Virus record (IMG/VR): IMGVR_UViG_3300025626_000004
Length of the DNA stretch: 64,000 nucleotides
Strand: one strand, 5' to 3'
Origin: a virus
The notes under the pieces are model-generated. The model saw nothing but the letters and a program-made list of their open reading frames with translations. It did not search any database and was not told the DNA's origin. The translations under genes and the position numbers were made by a program. Below are positions 58,178-64,000 of this stretch, piece by piece. Within the stretch, counting starts at the first letter, position 1. Each line of letters opens with the position of its first letter.

Positions 58178-58771
58178 ATGCATATAACTGATACAGAAAT
58201 ACATCAAAAAGAATTTCAAAAAACTCAAATGATGATTACTAAATTGTCCAAATACGACCCTGAACTACATATGGAAGGCGGGGGTAGTTTATGTGACTTC
58301 CATTATAATGCGCTCACCCACTTGAAATCTGTATGTGAGGACAATAACTATTTTTTTGGAAGTACCCGTATTCCAAGGTTTGATTTTGAGAGGATTGATG
58401 ATAACACGATTTTAAATAAAATAGAATTTCTTTTCGGTAGACAACTTAATACTGTTGACATAGCAAACAACTCGCATATATCAGATCAAATTTGGAATGA
58501 TATAGTTATCAATAAAAAGGACAACAAAGTATTACTTACTCATTTAGATGGTCAAACAAAAAGAAGATTTGCGTTTGATGACTTTCAGCCAGACAATTTT
58601 GTTATCAATCAGGGTAAAAGATTGAGTGCTGATGCAATGCCTTGGACCCTTGCGTACGTAGACCTTGAAGCGTTTCTTCCATGTCCCATATCACGCAGTA
58701 AAAATAACTTTATCAAAATGGGCCTTGGTTTCGAGAACTATACACAACATCTTAAAAATAATAATTCGTAG
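58178..58771 (+). CDS. Hypothetical protein, possible kinase-like (APH/LPS kinase) fold
   Basis: FAFDDFQPDNFVI and AYVDLE resemble the catalytic loop and DFG-like motifs. Confidence 0.45.
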   Translation: MHITDTEIHQKEFQKTQMMITKLSKYDPELHMEGGGSLCDFHYNALTHLKSVCEDNNYFFGSTRIPRFDFERIDDNTILNKIEFLFGRQLNTVDIANNSHISDQIWNDIVINKKDNKVLLTHLDGQTKRRFAFDDFQPDNFVINQGKRLSADAMPWTLAYVDLEAFLPCPISRSKNNFIKMGLGFENYTQHLKNNNS

Positions 58772-58800
58772 TGTACTTATGACGCACCATATGGTATAAT
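58771..58800 (+). promoter_or_regulatory. Early-type promoter GTGTAC-N18-TATAAT for g43
   Basis: GTGTACttatgacgcaccatatggTATAAT followed by GGAGG RBS. Confidence 0.75.
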
Positions 58801-58824
58801 GTTTCTAATCATGGAGGAATACAC

Positions 58825-61362
58825 TTGGCGTTTTACACATCTGTCCAACGATATGGCAACCAACTTATGTACTGCGGTTATAATGACAGCGGTGTACGTA
58901 TTGAAAAGAAGATCAAATTTAAACCACAATTATTTTTAAAAAGCCAAAAACCTCAGACTGACTGGATTGCTATGGATGGCACGCGAGTCGAACCAATCAA
59001 CTTTGATGATATGCGCGAGGCTAAAGATTTCTTAGCTAAGTATAAAGATCTGAATGAGTTTAAAATATATGGCAATACCAATTATGCTGCACAATATATT
59101 GCTCAACAATTTCCAAATAAAATAGATTTTAAACCTAGTGATGTAAACGTAGTAAACTTTGATATAGAAGTTGCATCCGATCAAGGATTTCCAAAGCCGG
59201 ATGAAGCTTTTCATCCTATCATTTCTATAGCACTTAAATCTTCTAAGTCTTCTGTCTATGAAGTGTGGGGTTTAGGTGAATATGATTATAGCAAAACGCA
59301 ACTTGATATGGGAACTGATCTAATTCAGTATCGCAAGTTTGATAGCGAAGCCGCACTACTTGCATCCTTCCACAAATATTGGTGTGAAAACAGACCAGAT
59401 ATTTTAACTGGATGGAATATTCGTTACTTTGATATTCCGTATCTTATTAATCGTATTAAACGTGTTGGCACCGAAGCGGCCGCCAATAAGCTTTCTCCTT
59501 GGGGAATATTAAATGCATTTGATACTTCTCGCGGTATGAAAGGATCTCAGGTTCAACACGGCTATGAGATCCTTGGTATCCAACAAGCTGATTATCTCGA
59601 GTTGTTCAAAAAGTTTGGATATTCATATGGTCCACAAGAATCATATAAGCTAGACCAAATTGCTTATACTGTTCTTAATGAGAAAAAACTATCCTATGAA
59701 GAGCACGGCAGCTTATTTACTTTGTACGAGAAAGATCATCAGAAGTTTATTGATTATAATATTAAAGATGTTCAGCTTGTTCAGCGTATTGATGACAAGA
59801 TGGGTCTTATTGAATTATGCCAGACTATGGCATACAAAGCAGGTGTAAACATAAGCGATACATTTGGTACCACTGCCATATGGGATGCAATTATATATCG
59901 TGAGCTAAACAAGAAACGTATTGCTCTGCTTCCTAATGAGACTAAGACAAAGGATCCATATCCAGGTGGTTATGTAAAAGAGCCACATGTTGGCATGCAT
60001 GATTGGGTAGTATCTTTCGATCTTAATTCACTATATCCTAATCTAATTGTACAATATAACATGTCACCCGAGACACTACTAAACGGAGCTTACCGGCATG
60101 GTGTTGATCATTATATGGACAATGATGCCGATACTGCTGGTAAAGATATTGCTATTGCAGCTAACGGATCTTCTTACCGTAAAGATTTTCAAGGCATTAT
60201 TCCTAGTATCATTGAGAGTTATTATGCCGAACGAAAAGAAATCAAAGGAGAGATGCTTGACGTAGAGCGTGCATACCAACTCAATAAAACTGAAGACCTT
60301 GAGAAGCAAATTAACCAATTAAACAATCGCCAAATGGCAATTAAGATTTTGCTTAACTCTCTATATGGAGCCCTTGGTAACAGATGGTTCCGTTATTTTG
60401 ATATGCGCATGGCAGAAGGTATTACTTTGTCAGGACAGCTGGCAATCAAATGGTCTGAGCGTTGTGTTAATACTGAGATGAATAAGATTATGGGCACCGA
60501 AAAGGTTGACTATGTTATCGCTATGGATACAGATTCACTTTATGTTAACTTCGGCCCGCTTGTAAAAAAATTCGCACCTAAGGATCCAGTTAAGTTTCTT
60601 GATAAGATATGCGGTGAGCATTTTCAAGACAACCTTAATGTCGCGTACGATAAACTTTCCACACGTATGAATGCATATAAAAATCGTATGGTCATGGAAC
60701 GTGAAGGCATCTCTGACAAAGGCATATGGACAGCAAAGAAAAGATATATTCTTAACGTGCATAATAACGAAGGTGTACAATATGCTGAGCCTAAGTTAAA
60801 GATTATGGGAATTGAAGCAATTAAGTCTTCAACTCCTGAGGTCGTACGTGAAAAGTTTCGTGAGGTATTTAAGATTATTATTCGAGGTGATGAGAAACTT
60901 ACACAAGATTTTATTGCGGACTTCTATAACACATTTAGAACCTTATCACCAGAACAAATATCATTTCCTCGTGGAGTAGGGTTTGGTGATAGTACTATGG
61001 GTAAATGGACTAACAAAGATAAAGGTAGTAAAAAGTCATATAAAGGTGGAACGCCTATTCACATCCGTGGGGCTTTGTTGTATAATGGCCTTATAGATAA
61101 ATTAGGACTTGCACAAAAATATACTAAAATCAGTGATGGGGAGAAGGTTAAGTTTTGCTACTTACGAACTCCAAATACAATACATGAGAATGTTATTGCC
61201 TTTCCTGATTACCTACCAGATGAACTGAATTTACATAAGTATATAAACTATGATATTCAGTTTGAAAAAACCTTTATCGATCCACTAAAATCTGTGATCG
61301 ATGCTACAGGCTGGTTTATCAACTATGATAACAGCGGAACACTAGATGAATTTTTCGGATAA
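58825..61362 (+). CDS. g43: Family B DNA polymerase gp43
   Basis: DIEV exonuclease motif, FDLNSLYP, KILLNSLYGALG, MDTDS, KKRY; TTG start. Confidence 0.97.
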   Translation: MAFYTSVQRYGNQLMYCGYNDSGVRIEKKIKFKPQLFLKSQKPQTDWIAMDGTRVEPINFDDMREAKDFLAKYKDLNEFKIYGNTNYAAQYIAQQFPNKIDFKPSDVNVVNFDIEVASDQGFPKPDEAFHPIISIALKSSKSSVYEVWGLGEYDYSKTQLDMGTDLIQYRKFDSEAALLASFHKYWCENRPDILTGWNIRYFDIPYLINRIKRVGTEAAANKLSPWGILNAFDTSRGMKGSQVQHGYEILGIQQADYLELFKKFGYSYGPQESYKLDQIAYTVLNEKKLSYEEHGSLFTLYEKDHQKFIDYNIKDVQLVQRIDDKMGLIELCQTMAYKAGVNISDTFGTTAIWDAIIYRELNKKRIALLPNETKTKDPYPGGYVKEPHVGMHDWVVSFDLNSLYPNLIVQYNMSPETLLNGAYRHGVDHYMDNDADTAGKDIAIAANGSSYRKDFQGIIPSIIESYYAERKEIKGEMLDVERAYQLNKTEDLEKQINQLNNRQMAIKILLNSLYGALGNRWFRYFDMRMAEGITLSGQLAIKWSERCVNTEMNKIMGTEKVDYVIAMDTDSLYVNFGPLVKKFAPKDPVKFLDKICGEHFQDNLNVAYDKLSTRMNAYKNRMVMEREGISDKGIWTAKKRYILNVHNNEGVQYAEPKLKIMGIEAIKSSTPEVVREKFREVFKIIIRGDEKLTQDFIADFYNTFRTLSPEQISFPRGVGFGDSTMGKWTNKDKGSKKSYKGGTPIHIRGALLYNGLIDKLGLAQKYTKISDGEKVKFCYLRTPNTIHENVIAFPDYLPDELNLHKYINYDIQFEKTFIDPLKSVIDATGWFINYDNSGTLDEFFG

Positions 61363-61372
61363 GGAATATATT

Positions 61373-61783
61373 ATGAGCGACTGGGCTAATGACATCTACA
61401 TGATGCACAACAAATTTGGTGTGCACAAGTGGTTTGAAGAAAATAAGCACGATAAAGAGCTTATGAAAAAGTATCTTGATTTTCGCATTGCTATGTGTCA
61501 AGAAGAACTTGATGAAACATTTATTGCGGCCAAGGAAGAAGACCCTGAAGAGATCGTTGATGGTCTTATTGACCTATGTGTTTTTGCAATTGGTACATTA
61601 GATGTATTAGGTGTTGATGCCAATAAAGCATGGGATAAAGTCTACGAAGCTAATATGACTAAATCGCCAGGAATTAAAGAAGGCCGTCCAAACCCATTTG
61701 GCCTACCAGATCTATTAAAGCCTGAGGGTTGGAAAGCCCCAACACATGAGGGAAATCATGGCAATATCCCTAACATTATTTAA
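61373..61783 (+). CDS. All-alpha NTP pyrophosphatase (MazG/PRA-PH-like)
   Basis: QEELDE, EEIVDGLIDLCV, WDKV.EANM.K, DLLKPEGWKAP. Confidence 0.8.
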   Translation: MSDWANDIYMMHNKFGVHKWFEENKHDKELMKKYLDFRIAMCQEELDETFIAAKEEDPEEIVDGLIDLCVFAIGTLDVLGVDANKAWDKVYEANMTKSPGIKEGRPNPFGLPDLLKPEGWKAPTHEGNHGNIPNII

Positions 61784-62687
61784 AAGCCAATTTGATAACA
61801 AAACTCATCGCACAATGGATCTTGATAACTGGCAACAGTTTTCAGGGCTATTATGTGATTTGTCTAAACAACCAAAAGGTAGTAAACGAGATGCTGAACT
61901 TATTTCACCGGCTCATTATAAAGATGGAACTACACGAGCCAACAAGAATGTTTTATCTTGGTCAGGCTGGTGTGCTGTTGACGTTGATGATTGGAAATTT
62001 GAAGGAGAATTAAAAGATGCTTTGGCTCGCGCTATCCCTAACTGGGGTTATATCTGTTATTCAACTGCTAGTTCTACAAAAGATCAACCGAAGTTTAGAC
62101 TCGTCTTCAGACTTGATGAAGACATTGAATCTGAAAGAATCAGACAATTTTGGTATGCCCTTAACACCGAACTTGGGGAAATGGGAGATAAGCAAACTAA
62201 AGACCTTAGTCGAATGTACTACATTCCAGCATTATATGACGGTGCTAACAACTTTTATTTTGATGTGGGTGGTGATTCTATTGACGTGGCATCTCTTATC
62301 GCCAAGCATCCGTATAATGATAGACAGCATTCAAACAATTTCTTAGATAGATTGCCCGAAGAATTACAGAAGCAGGTAATTGAATATCGTAAAAGTAAGT
62401 TAGATAATACGTCTGTAAGTTGGAGTAGTTACCGAAATTGCCCGTTCTGGCCACGTAAGCTAGCTGCAGAATATGTAATCATATCTAATACTGGTTGGTA
62501 CTCAAAGATGTATCAGATGATGGTTGCAATATCATCGAGTGCTATTAGACGTCAATATCCAATAACATCAAATGAAATTGCACAGCTATGTCGTGAATTT
62601 GATGCCGAGCACGGCAATTGGTATGAGAATAGGCCTTTAACAGTTGAAGCAGATCGGGCTTTAGAATATGTGTATAGGAATTCATAA
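61758..62687 (+). CDS. Primase-polymerase (AEP)-like protein
   Basis: ISPA.Y....R...NV, AVDVDD, YSTASS....PKFRLVF.L, D.QTKDLSRMYYIP. Confidence 0.65.
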   Translation: MAISLTLFKSQFDNKTHRTMDLDNWQQFSGLLCDLSKQPKGSKRDAELISPAHYKDGTTRANKNVLSWSGWCAVDVDDWKFEGELKDALARAIPNWGYICYSTASSTKDQPKFRLVFRLDEDIESERIRQFWYALNTELGEMGDKQTKDLSRMYYIPALYDGANNFYFDVGGDSIDVASLIAKHPYNDRQHSNNFLDRLPEELQKQVIEYRKSKLDNTSVSWSSYRNCPFWPRKLAAEYVIISNTGWYSKMYQMMVAISSSAIRRQYPITSNEIAQLCREFDAEHGNWYENRPLTVEADRALEYVYRNS

Positions 62688-63167
62688 ATGATATATAATG
62701 GAAAAGTTTCGGCAGAATTTATTCGGCAACGCGATGTTAAAGTTGAAAAGGACAAACGAGATTTTCACTCAGCAACTAGACAATGGGATTTTGAATTCCC
62801 TGAATATCATCAAGCCTCTTTAAATAATGGCCATGTTCTATATGAAGGCTTTGAGTACGATACGACACATAACTTTTTTGGCAATTGCGATTTTAAGCAT
62901 GTGAATGCAAAACAACAAATACATATTTCAAAATACATCTATGACAAATTATGTAAAGGCATCATAGAGCATATAGTTACTTGGAAATTTGTAGACAGAA
63001 ATTGGAAACAGCATCTAGCAGAAAATGATATTATAAAATACGATGTTTTAGATTACATTTCTACCGATGATATTTTACGTGCTATAAGCGACAACACTAG
63101 TATTTGTGGGTGTACAATTAACTTGGGTAATGGTATAATTGTTAAAACTCAAGAGGACAGCTTATGA
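62688..63167 (+). CDS. Hypothetical protein
   Basis: 159 aa, abuts neighbours. Confidence 0.5.
   Translation: MIYNGKVSAEFIRQRDVKVEKDKRDFHSATRQWDFEFPEYHQASLNNGHVLYEGFEYDTTHNFFGNCDFKHVNAKQQIHISKYIYDKLCKGIIEHIVTWKFVDRNWKQHLAENDIIKYDVLDYISTDDILRAISDNTSICGCTINLGNGIIVKTQEDSL
63110..63139 (+). promoter_or_regulatory. Early-type promoter GTGTAC-N18-TATAAT
   Basis: GTGTACaattaacttgggtaatggTATAAT upstream of 63164. Confidence 0.7.
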
Positions 63168-63475
63168 AATATGATACTGGTAAACCACAATTAGATCTAA
63201 TCCCATCTGATCAACTCAATGCAATTGCAGAAGTACTTGGCTTTGGCGCTAATAAGTACGGTCGTAATAACTGGCGTGATGACGGTGCAACCACTAGCTG
63301 GTCTCGTACGTACTCATCTATACAACGCCACCTCACCTCTTGGAATAACAATGAAGATTTAGATCCTGAATCTGGAAATACTCATCTAGCACATGCATGT
63401 ACCCAACTTATCATATTGATGCAACACATTGCTGATGGTCATAATAACATGGATGATAGATATAAAAATGAATGA
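63164..63475 (+). CDS. dATP/dGTP diphosphohydrolase-domain protein (DUF5664)
   Basis: KYDTGKP.LDLIP, VL.FGANKYGRNNWR, RHL..W...EDLDPESG..HLAHA. Confidence 0.85.
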   Translation: MKYDTGKPQLDLIPSDQLNAIAEVLGFGANKYGRNNWRDDGATTSWSRTYSSIQRHLTSWNNNEDLDPESGNTHLAHACTQLIILMQHIADGHNNMDDRYKNE

Positions 63476-63659
63476 ACCTAATGTAAAAAATAAGATGATG
63501 GAATTAAATCGTCCTATTGATGAAGCAATTCTTATGTGTGACAACCGCGAAGAAATACTAATGTTGGCTTCAATGATGCTTATTAGTATCAAAGATATTT
63601 TTGATGCTCAACTTGGCATTGAAGGCCGAAAAGATATGTTTAAGGGTATGTTAAAATGA
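63468..63659 (+). CDS. Hypothetical protein
   Basis: 63 aa, overlaps both neighbours. Confidence 0.5.
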   Translation: MNEPNVKNKMMELNRPIDEAILMCDNREEILMLASMMLISIKDIFDAQLGIEGRKDMFKGMLK

Positions 63660-63913
63660 ATGATGGTAAAATGAGATTACACGATCTTGAGCCAATGATA
63701 ATGGATTGTTGGAGTGTTTGTAATGATTTGGAAACAGTATTTAAGCAAATAGGTGATGGTGAACGTGTACCGACAGAAGATGAGCTTATGAATGCTTTAA
63801 TTGGTATACAGCAAGTATATCAATGGAAGTTTGAACAGTTGTTTTATAACTATGAAATGTTATTGCAATCACAACGCAATCGCAATGAGGAGAACACAAA
63901 TGATAGCTGGTAA
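63656..63913 (+). CDS. Hypothetical protein
   Basis: DLE..IMDCWSV..DL, NALIG...VY..KFEQLF motif common in phages. Confidence 0.55.
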   Translation: MNDGKMRLHDLEPMIMDCWSVCNDLETVFKQIGDGERVPTEDELMNALIGIQQVYQWKFEQLFYNYEMLLQSQRNRNEENTNDSW

Positions 63914-64000
63914 AGTATGGGGACAAACAGAACTCTTAGAAGCAAACGGAGCTTTAGAGTTTCATCGTATTGAGATGAACGAAGGCGGCACATGCTCTAA
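63900..64000 (+). CDS. Cupin-like protein, N-terminus (runs off window)
   Basis: [33 protein letters not shown]; GAGGAG RBS. Confidence 0.55.
   Translation, partial: MIAGKVWGQTELLEANGALEFHRIEMNEGGTCS

Noticed and set aside
35891-61362. Introns, inteins or homing endonucleases in g17, g20, g23, g46 or g43
   Set aside because: All are uninterrupted and of normal length, with no intein or endonuclease motifs seen
252-63592. Numerous short alternative-frame and antisense ORFs in the ORF track (e.g. 37506-37907, 44694-45161, 49534-49950)
   Set aside because: They are shadows of well-supported genes, with no RBS or recognisable motifs
1-64000. tRNA or rRNA genes
   Set aside because: Intergenic gaps are short and are accounted for by promoters and terminators; no cloverleaf signature was recognised by eye

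Overview
64 kb of an AT-rich T4-like myovirus genome, with no tRNA, rRNA, CRISPR array or mobile element seen. The host is probably a marine alphaproteobacterium, inferred from a C4-pathway 5-aminolevulinate synthase, DUF1127 proteins and a ROSE-like thermometer. Layout: tail, baseplate and fibre genes with interspersed glycosyl- and methyltransferases (1-16.5 kb); six tandem Cys/Gly-rich paralogues arranged ABC-ABC (16.6-22.7 kb); a GT9-like heptosyltransferase, carbamoyltransferases and an ADP-heptose pathway (gmhB, gmhD, hldA, hldC), interrupted by hemA and a late-promoter hemO-pcyX bilin pair (23.5-33 kb); the T4 neck/tail/head block g13-g23 (33-45 kb); g3-uvsY-uvsW-g55-g47-g46-g45-g44-g62-regA-hsp20 and g43 (46-61 kb); then nucleotide pyrophosphatases and a primase-like gene. 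The main unexplained signal is a strong excess of the dipeptide Asp-Ser in exterior virion proteins (about 34 DS vs about 3 DT in the 1275-aa fibre by manual count). Together with the heptose and transferase genes, this suggests a phage-encoded virion O-glycosylation system using a D-S sequon (hypothesis). All product calls come from motif recognition and synteny; no database searches were run.
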